64,000 nt of DNA, from NCBI GenBank assembly GCA_038087875.1, contig CM075993.1, positions 1,552,001 through 1,616,000 of the forward strand. The letters are read 5' to 3'. The notes beneath the pieces are model-generated. The model was not told the origin of the DNA. It saw only the letters and a program-made list of their open reading frames with translations, and searched no databases. The stretch's first letter is position 1. Each line of letters begins with the position of its first letter. The position numbers and the translations under genes were made by a program. The stretch comes from Malacoraja senta. Taxonomy: Eukaryota. Below, piece by piece: positions 47,706 to 61,909 of the stretch.

Positions 47706-47976
47706 TAATAATAATAATGATGATGATATTTGTATCATTGCTGACATGGTTGTTACATAATTCTGTGAATGTAAAGTTACTATCGAAAGGCAAGGAAGAT
47801 GCATTTGAAAGTAATCAAATAAAATTGTAGAAACCAATGAGTATAACATAAGCTCAGAGACTGAAGAAAGGCAGACAATATCTATTTCAATACTGCAACA
47901 TCATAATGTGATAAGAAGGAATATAATTTAATAATTTGTATATCTACCTTGGGTTGCAGCACTTGTTTTTGTGCTG

Positions 47977-48277
47977 GGCAGCACAGTGGCAAAGCTGGTA
48001 GTGCCGCTGTCTCACCGCGCCAGAGACCCGGGTTTATTCCTGACCTCGGATGCTCTCTGTGTAGAGTTTGCACGTTCTCCCTGCGACCCCTTGGGTTTTC
48101 CTCCCACATCCCGGAGATGTGCGGGTTTGTAGGTTAATTGGCCTCTGTAAATTGCCCCTAGTGTGTAGGGAGTGGATGAGAAAGTGGTATATGGTAGAAC
48201 TAGGGTGAAAGGTGATCGATGGTCGGCGTGGACTCGGTGCGCCGAAGGGCCTGTTTACATGCTGTATCTCTAAACTA
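47977..48277 (+). mobile_element. HE1-like V-SINE
   Basis: Same family consensus, more diverged. Confidence 0.8.
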
Positions 48278-48399
48278 TGTTTTCGAAAGAAAATGTTAGG
48301 GATCAAGTAGAATGATTGAGGGGGTGGAGGAATTGGATTAAGAAAAGCAAATACATAAAAATACACAGTTAAAGAGATGGTTGGCGAGTAACCTGGTCT

Positions 48400-48760
48400 T
48401 AGAGTCATAGAGTGATAGTGTGGAAACAAGCCCTTCGGCCCAACTTGCCCACACAAGCCAACATGTCCCAGCTACAACAGTCCCGCCTGCCCACACCAGC
48501 CAACATGTCCCAGCTACACTAGTCCCGCCTGCCTGCGTTTGGTCCATATCACTCCAAACCTGGATATCCATGTACCTGTCTAACTGTTTCTTAAAAGTTG
48601 GGATAGTCCCAGCCTCAACTACCTCCTCTTGCAACTTGTTCCATACACCCACCACCCTTTGTTCGAAAAAATGACCCCTCGGATTCCTATTCAATCTTTT
48701 CCCCTTCACCTTAAACCTATGTCCTCTGGTCCTCGAGTCACCTACTCTGGGCAAGAGACT
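48400..48760 (-). mobile_element. CR1 3' fragment
   Basis: TRGHRFKVKG...FFEQRVVGVWNKL...FKKQLDRYM plus 3' UTR. Confidence 0.8.
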
Positions 48761-51213
48761 AGATAATGATAACCACGGTCACTGTATTTTTCCAGAATAG
48801 TGAGCTGTTTACATTTGAAAGGGATAAATTCACAATGAATCCATGAAAATGTTTTTCTCCAGTCTCCTCTACAACCAAAAGATGCACGTGTTTTGTAGGT
48901 TAATTGGCCTCTGTAAATTGTCCCTGGTGTATGGGGAGTGATTGCAAAAAGTAGGATAACATAGAACTAGTGTGAGCGGGTGATCAATGGTCAGCATCCC
49001 CTTCCTTCAACTCGACCAACCTATTTACAACACGAATTGCTATATTGCCTGAGACCAGCAACAACTGCATTGGCAAAACTATCCATAGGATATATTAAAT
49101 TGCAGCTTTTAATCTAAAATACAGATTTTATAAAGGTTTCCTTTTGTACAAAATGTACATTTTTAATGGGTATAGCGACCTCCATCTATATTGTTATGCA
49201 ATTATTAGGGTTGTACGTGAGAAACGAGACGACCTTGGCCACTGTTTTGTAGCTATTTCTAATTAGTTCTGACCATTCTAATCCCCAGACTCTTGAAACA
49301 GATACTCTGTTTTCTAAACTGTATCATGGGAAGAGATTACTAGGCAAACAGAACAAAACATTGAAAGGTGTGCCATGCGATGGAAGCACACAGAAGCTAC
49401 TAAATGGCAGAGGAGCAGATTACCCCCCTGTGGTTCCCAGGGCCTGATAGTTTGAGTGGTCATGGCGTCATAGAGCTATACAGCACGGAAGCAGGACATT
49501 CCATCCAACTCGTCCATACTGACCAGCCTGGAGAAGCATCATTAAGTTTTTCCCTAAGATAGACACTAAATGCTGGATGACAGGCGGCATCTCTGGAGAG
49601 AAGGAATGGGTGACGTTTCGGGAAGAGACCCTTCTTCAGTTACTCCAGCATTTTGTGTCTATCTTCGGTCTTCGGTTTAAACCAGTATCTGCAGTTCCTT
49701 CCTACACATAAAGTATGTCCCCCTGCACTCAAGGCTATCCTTGACATATGGTGCCAAAGGATTTGGGCCATATTGTGGACCAATGACTATATTAAGTGCT
49801 GCACCTTTATATAATGCAATCAGTTGAATTTAAAACATATCTTTTAAATTTGCATATGTAACCTACAAGTGCAGTTATCATATCAGTATGATCACAATGG
49901 GGAACAATAGGGCAAAAGATGGTTAGAACAAGACCAAGTCATGTATTAACTATTTGCTTTAATTGAAACATTTCGTTGTGCAACAGTCCATTGTTTAACA
50001 AAACACACTGATTGAGTTAAGTTGTTTTTTGGATAACCACTAATTATATAAGATTTATTGTTGATATTCAGTGGACTCGAGATTCTTTGTGATAAGAAAA
50101 ATAAGCCTGATGCTGACTCATCATTTCTAAGACAAAAATGTGGACCAGTCGAAATACTATTATAGGTGTAATAATATGTGTTCTTCATAAAAATTGACAG
50201 ATGGAACATGCAGAATAAGGATTGCAGAAGGAAACAACAAATTAAAATGACCACCGCTCAAGGTGGTTTAAAAAAAAAAGAACGAAAAGCAAATTAATTA
50301 ATATTCAAATGAAATAATAAATCTACTAGAAAAGAGGTTAAGATAGTTTTTTAAACCGTGGTGGGGGCCTGGAATGCATTGTCAGGGGTGATCATTGAGG
50401 AAGGGTCTTGACCCGAAACGTCACCTTTTCCTTCGCTCCATAGGTGCTGCCTCACCCGCTGAGTTTTTCCAATATTTTTATCTACCTTCATGGAGGAAGA
50501 TAAGATATGTTTAAGAGGTTTTTAGATAGGCACATGAATATGCAAGGAACGGAGGGATATAGATCATGTGCAGGCAAATGAGATCAATTTAACTTGGCAT
50601 CAAGTTCAGCACAAACATTGTGGGCCAAAAGCCAGTTCTTGTGCTTTACTGTTCTATATTCGACAGCAACAATGGAAAATGTTGGAAAGACTCATGTCAG
50701 ACCGCATCTGTGGGACGTGAAACGGAGTCAACATTTCAGGTCTGAGACCTTTTGTCAGAACTGAGAATGATTAAAAACAAATGCTTATAAATCTGCAGAA
50801 TGTGTGGGGGAGGGATGACCATGAGGGAAAACTATAAACACGGTTATCTGGTCATTGAGCAGTTGGCGAGTGAGAACACAGATAACAAACCATTGGAGTT
50901 GTGAGCGGCAGTGTGGGAGAACGGGCATAGCAGATCGGGCAGGGCTTGCCCTCCACTCCCACAGAGAGAAAAACAAGCTTCCTCCCATATCCCAAAGACA
51001 TGCGGGTTTGCAGGTTAATTGGCCTCTAAATTCCCCTAGATGAGAAAGTGGGGTAACATAGAACTAGTGCGAATGGCCGATGAGTGGTCGGCGGAGACTG
51101 TAGACTGAACGGCTAGTTTCCATGCTGTAACTTTCAATCAATCAAACAATTCATCAAAGGTAGGCAACTGAGTAGTTTCCCAATGGAACTCCGCAACCTA
51201 TGGAACTGAGTTA

Positions 51214-51470
51214 TACATCGGCGAGACCAAGCGTAAACTGGGTGATCGTTTCACTGAACACATTCCCTCAGTTTGCCTGGTCCTACCTGATCTCCCGGTT
51301 GCCAAAGACTTTCATTCCCCTTCCCATTCCCACACTGAGTCTGAAGAAGGGTCTCGACCCGAAACGTCACCTATTCCTTTTCTCCAGAGACGCTGCCTGT
51401 TGCGCTGAGTAGCTCCAGCTTTTTGTGTGTATCTTTGGTTTTAACAAGCATCTGTCGTTCCTTCCTACAC
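51214..51470 (+). mobile_element. Internally deleted Penelope fragment plus terminal repeat
   Basis: TACATCGGCGAGACCAAGCG (YIGETKR) joined to CTGAAGAAGGGTCTCGACCCGAAACGTC. Confidence 0.75.
51341..51368 (+). ncRNA. Hammerhead-ribozyme-like core (representative copy of a multi-copy motif)
   Basis: CUGAAGA, stem II A-GGGUCUCGACCC, GAAA, CG, UC: the minimal type-I layout reported for Penelope termini. Stem I is only about 2 bp. Confidence 0.45.
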
Positions 51471-51744
51471 AGGCCATTGGTGAACAATGCTGTCTGGAAG
51501 ATCTAGCAGTGGCAAACGAGAAGGCTGTCCACTGTGCAAGAGCTTGGCCGAACATTTGAAACATAGATGATGGACACGAAAGACGACGACACAGGTGATG
51601 AGTTCTCAAATCAACGTGGCATGCTTTGTACCAGGAGTGGGTGGGTGACAAAATTCCTCAGGGGAAGGGAAGTAATATTAATTAGATGAGTTTATTATGG
51701 AAGTATAATGGTGAGCCATTCCACTTTGCACATTGTCCAGAGCT

Positions 51745-52032
51745 GGCTTAAGCGCGGCCTTGCATCGCCTGGCGCGGCTTTAATGGCCGCGGGACTTATT
51801 TTCCATCGCCTGCCGGGGGCTCTGACTCTGACATCGGGAGAATGGGGAGTGTAGGGGAGAGATAAGACGTTGCCTTCCATCACAGCGAGGAGGAGATTCG
51901 CTGTGATGGATGTTTGTGTAAATTGTGTTGTGTCTTGGTTCTTTTTACTTGTTTGTATGACTGCAGAAACCAAATTTCGTTTGAACCTCATTTGAGGTTC
52001 AAATGACAATAAATGGTATTGTATTGTATTGT
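51745..52032 (+). mobile_element. Non-autonomous retroelement or LINE 3' end with terminal stem-loop and (TATTG)n tail
   Basis: TTTGAACCTCA-T-TTGAGGTTCAAA hairpin, then AATAAA and TATTG repeats. Confidence 0.55.
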
Positions 52033-55000
52033 AGAAATGCAAGATGCTTGTGCCATTATTGTACTACAGTAACAGGCGAATAGCCAAGAAGGCCAACGTA
52101 AAATGTCATGTATCTGTACACTGTGAATGGCTCGATTGTAATCATGTATTTCAACACTGCCCGGTCCATCACAGTCCACCGTCGAAGAGATCTACAAGAG
52201 GTGCTGCCTCAAAAAGGCAGCCGGCATCATCAGAGACCCACACCACCGTGGGACTTGGGGCTTTGTTTTGCTTGCCGCTATATTGCTTCTATGATTCATT
52301 GAACGTTTGTTTTAGTTTGTTTATTATATTATGTACTGAGTACTGTGAATATAAACTGTTGTGCTGTCTCAAGTACTCTTTGCATTGTTCTGTTCCAATA
52401 CAAATGACAATAAAACGCTCTGGACTGTTGGAATTCTTGACAAACCACGTTGAGCTGACCATCGGTTCCTCTGTTGAAGACTGACAGGATGTCCATTTAC
52501 TGCCATATATACAGGTACCTTCTTAACATAAACCTTTGAGGGAAATTGTGGCATTGCTATAGATCTCGGGATCATGGTAAAATGCTAATAATACCAATTT
52601 ATTCTCCTCATTTAGCTCACTGGTAACTTCCATTTGTTTCTTTTTCAATGGTGCAATGGTACTTTATTGTAACATGTACTTCGTCACAGTGAAATTCCTT
52701 TTTTTTGCATATTCAGTAAACTCTTACTATACACAAGCATTATTAAGTACAAGTATGAATAGTAGATTACGCTGATGCAGTACTTAAGAGTCGTCATGTT
52801 ACCAGAACCATCTTGTATCCTTCAAAGTTCTCAAGAGGGTAGAGTTTTAACGTGGCCTTAAACAAGTGTTCTCTGCTCAGGAACGTGTAAAACGGTCTGA
52901 TTTCAAAAATAATCTATGAAAGTTTGTTTTTCTCCGTAATTCTGTACCTCTACTCCTGAAAGCTTTGCTCGGCTGTCTTCTGCAGGAGCTGGGTACCTGT
53001 TAGAATGCGGACTACTCGTGTGGCAATCCGGGCAGTAAGATTAACAGGCTGTGTAGCTGCATGGTGTGTGGACTACACATGAAGCTGATCCTACACATGA
53101 AGCAGAGATTTTGAGCATCGGTCGCCAGGAGCTATCAGAGCCAGTGAACACTGTTTATTTTCCCTGTGCCTAACCAGCGGGAAACAAACCTACTAACAAT
53201 ACTTCGGCAAAGGATTAAACAGATAACATGATTAAGAGGCTAAAAATGCAGAAACATGAAACTGTAGATGCTGGTTTACAAAAAAAGACACATAGTGCAG
53301 GTAATATCCCCAGAAAACATGGATAGATTAAGTTTTGGGTCGGGACCCTTCTTCAGACATCACCTATTCATGTTTTCCCTGGATTCTGCCTGAGTTTAGA
53401 GTAACCTGTGTAACTGCGCACTGAGTTACTCAAGCACTTTGTATCATTGGGGGAACATCTAGCAAATAGCGAGCGTATCATCTTATGGTTTCAAACAGCT
53501 ATGCTCCAGGGCAAAAATCTTCATTGGAAAAAGACCAATTTCAATATGGCCTGGGGAAACTGGAATTAAAAATTGGCAAGCAAAATTGTAATTCAACAGC
53601 GGAAGACTTTTAACGTGGTGATGATTCAGTTACAAACTATGTGCATTCTATAAAGAAGGGTAGCGAGATTAAAACTTGAGCTCATGGAAAGATAAATAGT
53701 AAAACAGAATAACGAGCAAAACCGGAGATGCTGGTAAAACTCAGTCAGCCAAGCAAGATCCTTCTCCATCCAGTGCTGGTTTCACAACGGAGAAGGACAC
53801 AATGTGTAGGAAGGAACTGCAGATGCTGGTTTAAACCGAGGATAGACACAAAAAGCAGGAGTAACTCAGCGGAACAGGCAGCATCTCCAGAGAGAAGGAA
53901 TGGGTGACGTTTCGGGTCGAGACCCTTGTTCAGACTGCTGTTTCGGGTCGAGACCCTTCTTCAAACTGGTGTCTTGAAAGGACACAATGTGCTGGAGTAA
54001 CTCAGCGGGTCAGGCAGCATCGCTGGAGAATATGAATAGGTGACGTTTTGAGTCGGGATCCTTCTTCGGACCTGAAATGTCGCCTTTCCATGTTCTCCAC
54101 AGAGTTTGCCTGGCCTGCTGAGTTACTCCTGTGCTTTGTGTCCTTTTTGTAAACCAGCACCTGCAGTGCCTTATTTCTCCATTTCAAAACCGACACCTCT
54201 CCACACTCCCCCTAGTTCTGAGTAATGGTCATTGACCAGAAACAATATCTGGTTTCTCTTTTCAGCAGGTGCTGCTTGACTGGTTGAGTTCTTCCAACAT
54301 TTCAGCTTTTGTTCCAGATTCCAGCATCGGCAGTATTTTTTTTAAGAGTAAAGAGCATATGACAGACACCAGGATTTTATTGTTAGTGAACTCATGGCTG
54401 ACTGCAGAGAGACAAAGACAGAGCATTACTAAATTCTGACAAAAAGCATACTAAGAAATCTAAAAAATATTCTCTCGGTATGTGAACAGCAGTAGGAATG
54501 TAAGTGGAGAGGGAACCAATGAGGTTAATGTGTTATCTAGTAGTTCTGTTACAATTCAACAGCTGCATTCCCACAGAACCTCGTTATAAAAAATCTTGTT
54601 ATAAAAGCATTGTTAAATGGGGAAAAAAGGTTTAGATTCAAGAGAGTTTCAGATTCTTAATGACAATCTTTAGTGCAGGGTATTCAAAAAATATTAATAC
54701 CAATAAGTTAATTTTTGTTACGGAAAGCTAAGAATATTAAAGACTGTATGTTACAGATGTATCATTCACAAGTGACAATAGAACCAATTGCTTAACAATT
54801 TCAATTACTACCGACTGTGAAACTGACAGACTATGTTCTCTAGAAACAATGGTGTGTGATTACTGCAGGAAAACATGGAAACAGTTTCCCCCCATACTGT
54901 TCTTTCCCAAGACAGCTGTTTTTTTTCTTTCTCTGCGCCAAGTTCTAAAGTAACTTTTAAATGGTTCTCGAGTTCTTGCTAGCTAATCAATTTGGCCTGT

Positions 55001-58000
55001 GTAATGTAAACGGTGTACACTAATTCATTGTCATGTTATATCCAATTTGCATTATGGAAACAATTGTTAGCGCAGAAATATGGACTTCCAAAAGGCATTT
55101 GATAAGGTGCCTCATAAGAGGCTTGTTATTAAAATCTAAAGTCATAGAATAAATGGGATGATAACAGCATAAGGGAAGAAGTGGAATGTTTTCTCAGAAT
55201 AGAGGGAATGTATAGTGGAACTCCACTTGGGTTGATATTAGAACCACTACATTTCTTAATATATAAATATTAATTATTTGTATTTGGGTTTATCAGATAC
55301 AAGTTCCAGCTATGCAAACAACACAAAGTTTGGCAAAGTGTGTTTTACACAGAGAATGTTGGGGGCCTGGAACACATCGTCAGGGTGGTGGTGGAGGCAG
55401 ATACAATAGTGGCATTTAAGAGCCTTTCGGATAGCACAGTAGTGCAGGGAATAGAGCGATATGGATCATGAACAAGCAAATGAGATGAGTTTAACTTGGC
55501 ATCATGTGCAGCACAAACGTTGTGGGCTGAAGGGCCTGTCCCTGTTCTGTACGGTTCTATTTATATGTATAATAATGAATACAAGCAGATCAGATCAAGA
55601 GATACCAGCAAATAGACTTGGTACTGGCTTGATGGACCAAATGGCCATCTTCTGTTCTCTAACCAGTCTGCAATAGGAGGCTCTATAAGAGGATAATTGC
55701 TGACATGGACTGATGGAGCCAAATAGCCTTATCTCCGAAGATAGACACAAAATGCTAGAGTAACTCAGTGGGACACGCAGCATCCTGGAGAGAAGGAATG
55801 GATGACATCTCAACCCGAGTCTGAAGAAGGTTCTCGACCCGAAATGTCACCCATTCTTTCTCTCTAGAGATTTTCTCACCAGCATTTTATGTGTATGTCT
55901 ATCTTTGGTGTAAACCAAAGTTCCTTCTTACACATTTATCCTGTATCTCCGCCGTATAGACTTTGAAATGTGCGTTGAAATGTTTTGTTTGAAGGTGAGT
56001 TGTATCAAAACACAAGCATAGACGCAGGGGACTTTATTGGTGGTGGTGATCAACCTCTAGCAGCCACCATTGCAGTTACGTGCAATGTCAGATGAGAGCT
56101 GTCTGCCTTTATAAATCATGATCGATAGCCTGCCTCTTCCCTTCCTCTAGTTTGCTTCATTTTAATCCTGTGTCTGTCCCATCGTATTTAGTGCGGTTAA
56201 ATTAACCAGCCATTTCTTAGGAAGTTTGAGCAGCGAATACCTATTTAGCACAACTTTTAGGAATAAAGTTAAACTTACCACAGATTTTCAATGTTCTGCT
56301 ATTTCTTGTTCAACTCAGAATCTGAGGAGGAAGCAAAGTAACAGAGTAGGAACAATTAATACCAACAATTTTTTTCTCTTTTTGCATTTTGCAACATTTT
56401 ATTTTTTTGTTAGATTCTTTTTTAACATTATTGCAATGCTTGTCTTATGGGCAAGTGGCAAAGGATTGAAGAAGGGCTGTTTGATTTGCTTCTGGGATAA
56501 TCCTACCCAAAATCTAAACATTAATGCGTGTTTTACAGATTCAGTTGCCTTATAACAGCTGGGAAGAATCTCCCTGAATCTGGTCAAGACCCTTCTTCAG
56601 ACTGGTTATGCTGGTGGTCTTGCAAGGCAGCATTAAGTACCCATCTACACTACTTCCCATTGACCAGCACTTTGTTTTTAGTTTTCAGTACATTGGCAAG
56701 TCAACTGCCCATCTTCTACATGTTTTAGGAGTTTCTACCTCCACAACCATCTCAGCCAATTTATTCCAAACTCCAACCATTCTCCAGGTGAAAAGACCTT
56801 ATTCCCTCTCTGAAACTCATACACCTAACTTTAATTCCAGTTATAGGCACATCTGCTGTGGGGAAGATTTTACTTCTCTCTACCTTAACTGTGCTTCTTA
56901 TAATGTTGTAACCTGCTATTAGATCCTGCTAATGTCCTTCCTTCCAAGTTGTTTTGCATGCCATATTGCTTAGTAAGGGTGTCAGGGGTTACAGGAAGAA
57001 GGCAGGAGAATGGGGCTAGGAGGGAGAGATGGATCAGCCATGATTGAATGGCAGAGTAGACTTGATGGGCCGAATGGCCTAATTCTGCTCCTATCACTTA
57101 TTTATTACCTTATGAATACAAGTTGATTACAGTGCGTAATTAAGAGCCAGGCTTGTGGAACTAGAGTTAAGGTTGTATCTCTAATCAAATAGATTGAGAA
57201 ATAAATAGAGCAAAGTGAGAGATAACTACATCAAAATAGGTGAAATGTAATGTTAAATTAATCACCACAAGTTGTAAATAATGGAAAATAAATTGGGTTG
57301 ATGGAAAAGATATAAAGTTTTAATTTCTTCTCTTTTTAATACCTCCAACAATTCATATATGAAGAAACGAGAGAGCGGCTGTGTGCTAGTGTTTCAGTGC
57401 GAAAGAGTTTGGCAATATTTAACTGATATCACATTTTAAAAGGGGAACATAGGAACTTAGAAAATAGATGCAGGAGTAGGCCATTCAGCCCTTCGAGCCA
57501 GCACCGCCATACAATATGATCATGGCTGATCATTGCTTTTGTAATCAGTTGATGTAACTATTTACAGTGTTTGCTTAGTTTAAACATTACAATAAGGAGG
57601 AAAACATAAGTGCTTGAGTAACTCAGCAGGTCAGGCAGCATCTGTAAAGGGAATGGATAGGCGATGTTTTGGTTTGGGACCCTTCTTTAAGACCCGAAAT
57701 GTCACCGAACTGTTTCCTCCAAATGCTGCCTGACCCACTGAGTTCCAGAACGTCTAGACGTCTAGCACTTTGTTTTGCTCATGATTCCAGCATCGGCAGT
57801 TCTTTGTGTCTTTAACATAGAAAGTATGAGGTTATGGGGAGAAGGCAGGAGAATGGAGGGAGAGATAGATCAACCATGATTGAATGGCGGAGTAGACTTG
57901 CTGGGCCGTTTGACCTATTTCTGCTCCTATCACTTATGATCTAGAATGCCTTTCAGTGGCTGAGCAGGCAGCAGAGTGCTGAAACATGGAGTCCATCTAT

Positions 58001-58109
58001 TGCACAGTGACTTCTGCCTCTGTGGATATGCAGGGGTTTGGGTGCTTTGGACAATGGCAGGTTTCTGTGAAAACTTAGCTTTACAGATAAGTGACAATGC
58101 TTTGCAAAG

Positions 58110-58203
58110 GTAAACAAAAGTGCTGGAGAAACTCAGCGGGTGCAGCAGCATCTATGGAGCGAAGGAAATAGGCCATGGTTTTGGGCCGAAACTCTTCTTC
58201 AGA
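58110..58203 (-). mobile_element. ~94-nt Penelope-terminus mini-element with 10-bp TSD
   Basis: CTTTGCAAAG at 58100-58109 and 58204-58213. Confidence 0.8.
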
Positions 58204-60099
58204 CTTTGCAAAGTGTTGCTGGAGAACCATGTGACAGACCGGAGACACTAAGTCTGGGGGGTTGCAGAGGTTGCAAACTCTTGAGCTCTTGTGACCCGTT
58301 TGCTGCCATAGAGTCTGGGATTCTGCAGGTTTTCCAAGGCTATTCCTGGACCTGCGATTGGTTAAGAGAGTTTAATGGTTATACTGTGTGTCTACTTTGT
58401 TTCTGTGTTTTCTCAACAATACCTGTGATTGGATGCCCTTAATGGCATGTTTCCTGAAGTGTTCGAGATGTTTCTGCTTTGTTGCTGTGTAGTAAGATGT
58501 CACTCCGTGTATCTTCTCTCCGGTATGGGTGATTGGGCCTGTAGGGGCTGCCCTCCCCTGTATTTGCGCGCCAATATTGTTTCCACCTCTGTGTAGTGGT
58601 ATAAGAGGGTGGACAATTTGTTTGGGCGTGTCGGTTGCTCTTGACTTCTGTTCTATTTGCTCGAGGCTATTGTAGACTTGCGTGAGTGGATCGGCAACTG
58701 TCCCTGCGGTTTGTACAAATAAAGGAAGCTTTGGACACCAGAGTTCTGTTTATTTGCACTTTATCTGTTTATTTATTGATGTGTGTATATATTTATATAA
58801 TGGTATATGGACACACTGATATGCTCTGTATTCATGCCTACCATATTCTGTTGTGCTGAAGCAAAGCAAGAATTTCATTGTCCTATCTGGGACACATGAC
58901 AATAAACTCTCTTGACGAACCAGACTAGGGAGAAAGGTTTAGATCCGGAATCAACATCTCTACCCTGAGGTTGTAGGAACTATTAATGCTTAAACCTTAG
59001 CAAACTCGACAAAATCTAGGGTGTGATTCTTTAACAAACATTCTTCATTGATTTTTTTTAATGGACATTCATCATATCTAAATCCCTCCTATTCATCTTT
59101 TGAAATTGTGATCCTATAATGAGTTTGTGTGAGTAGTCCCACTGTGTGATTCATTTCACAGTGCGATGTTATTTTGTGTTTTGGGATGAAACCAATATTT
59201 ATTTTCAAATTATGCAACTAATGATGTTACGAGGTACACGTACACCCTTTGTTTATAATGAAAGATTTGTCTGTCATCTTAAAGAATGAGATATAACTAC
59301 TTCCTTCTCTTGAATCATTCGCTGAATAGATTGGCAATGGTCAAAGCAAGTTTAGACTGGAGACACAAGACAATGCAGATACCTGAATCTTGAGCAAAGT
59401 GCTGGAAGAACTTCAGTCTGAAGAAGGGTTCCCATCCATATTCTCCAGAGATGCTGCCTGACCCACTGAGTTACTCCAGCACTTTGTGCCCTCATGTTTA
59501 AACCAGTAACTGCAATTGTGCAGGAAGGAACTGTAGGTGCTGATTTACACCAAAGATAGACAAAATGCTAGATTGACGTTTTGGGTCGTGTCCCTTCGTC
59601 AGACTGAGAGTCAGGGGAGGGGGAGACTAGAGATATGGTAGGGCGAGGTGTGAAAACAACAGATCAAAGCAGACAATGGTCAAAGAAATATAGAATGGTT
59701 CATTGTTAGCTATGGGGAAGGTGACAACGAGGCATATATCAGTAAAATATCAATAAAATGAATGCCGTTCCTTGTTTCTATTGCTGGAGGGCAGACTGCA
59801 TCTGTGGAGGGGATGGATAGATAACTTTCAGGTCGGGGCCTTTCTTCAGACAGCCTAGACAGGGTTCAACATATAAACAGAAAATGTACTCATTCCTGAT
59901 TCAAGCACAGCTTTGCAAGTTGTGGAGTTATCAGAACAAAATACCAGTTACTATTTGACATTAGTTCTCCAGCTAATCAATTGATGTTACCATCAAAACA
60001 GAAAATAAAGATGATCCATAGTTATTTTTTCCAGCTGTAAACTGCCCCTTAAATCGGACTGTAAAAACCCTACAGCTGTTTCAGCAGGTCATTTTCGGG

Positions 60100-60600
60100 C
60101 AAGACAATTAAACTAGAAAGGGTAGTAGGGCGAACTGCGAGGTAGCTGTTTCATGTACAACAGGATTTACCTCGCTCGTTCTTACTGGAGAAAAATCAAG
60201 CGAAATTAATAATCCCAAATGAACTCCGAAGAAAAGGCGGCGGGAAGATAGTGATCAACATAACTCGCACCCACCTTTCCAAAGGCAGTCCAGCAAACAA
60301 GTTAAAATGTTCATCTTTTTTTAAAAGCATGTAGTGATCCACTTCGATGCACATTACATCAGCCAGACTAGGAAACAAGAGTCTGTGGTCGGTCGCAACG
60401 TCCGAAGGAAATGACATCTCACTCCACAGGCTAAAATAGTCAAGTTATTGTGATCACAAAGCAAGATCGAAGCCACAACCCACAAGTCAAGAGATTTCTT
60501 CCAGCAAAGTAGCTGAAACTGGAGCAAATCGGCCCCTCTCCTTTACAGAGGGAAACCAAGAAGGGATCCTCCTTTAAATGTGCACGTTGCCTTAATTATG
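60100..60600. promoter_or_regulatory. Weak CpG-enriched unique region; possible promoter or 5' exon on the minus strand
   Basis: Raised CpG count outside repeats; minus-strand donor-like GAG|GTAAAT near 60170. Confidence 0.25.
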
Positions 60601-61909
60601 AGCCACGTTGGTTTGGATCATTCAAATGCAGTCAGAAGGTTATTTTCCTTGCAAATCTCGCTTAACTTCTGGCTGTTGCGGTGCATTTTATACTTGCAAC
60701 CAAATGCGAGGTGATGAAACAGCCCATGATGTCAGCGTGCCTGGGCTCCCTGCCAAGGTTTGCACAACCCTGCTAGCCCTAGTCCACACGCACCAGGCAG
60801 GGAGAAGAATGCACCGCCACATGAAGCAACCTCCGGCACTCGCCCGATCACCGTTTCACAGCCGCTTCAATACTGCCTTTCAAATGCATGCGGCGGATTT
60901 TTTATCGCAAATAAAGATGGTTAATCAACTAGAACTAGAACAAATGATCAAGGGTTGAAGAGGGATTGCGAAGAGGTTGCTCTTCCTTGCACATTGGTCT
61001 ACTAACACTGCCCACTGCATTACACTACATTGCCCGCTGTCTGAAGAAGGGTCTCGATCCGAAACGTCACCCATTCCTTCTCTCCAGAGATGCTGACTGT
61101 CCCGCTGATTTACTCCAGCATTCTGCGTCTATCTTCGGTCTACTAACATGTCCCACTAAAAGCTGAGAATGTCTACTGTAGAATTAGAGACAGAGTTATA
61201 CAGCGCAGACAGAAACAAGCCCTCTGGTCGACCCACTACGTCCATGCCACCCGTTGTACCTATCTACATATAGCTATCACACTATACACCTCCAGAGGTG
61301 CTGGCTGACTCTCCCTCCTAATCCCCATTCTCCCCATGACCCCTGACACCCGTACTAATCATTCTACATTATCCGTAGAAACAGGGAACTGCAGATATTG
61401 GTTTACAAAGAAAGACACAAAGTCCTGGAGTAACTCGGCGGGTCAGGCAGCATCTCTGGAGAACATGGATTGGTGATGTTATCCGGCTAAGATCACCCTA
61501 CAACTATCAGGCTTACAGCATCCAAGGACTCACAATATGGCAATGAATGATAATTTGCTGATAAATGCCAGAATTTATCTTCAACGTCGCTATTTATTTT
61601 CTACTGCCGTCCAAGATGCTCTACCGAAGGGGCGAATGGCCTACTCCTGCAGCTTTTTTTCTATGTTTCTAAGCTAATCCTGTTTGCCTGCATTTGACCC
61701 ATGTCTCTCTAAACCTTTCCATTCCATGTACCTGTCCAAATGGTCTCTTAAATTATGTTATAGCACCTGCCTCAACTACCTCCTCTGGCAACCCGTTCCG
61801 TATGCCCGCTACCCTCTGTGTGAAGAAAGACTGGAACAACAGAAATGCTGGAAGAACTCAGCCCGTCAAACAACACAAGTGCAAAGAGAAACCAATTGAC
61901 CTTGCAGGT

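Noticed and set aside
58442..58740. Possible solo LTR (TATAAGA near 58600, AATAAA near 58718)
   Set aside because: No clear termini or TSD; insufficient support.
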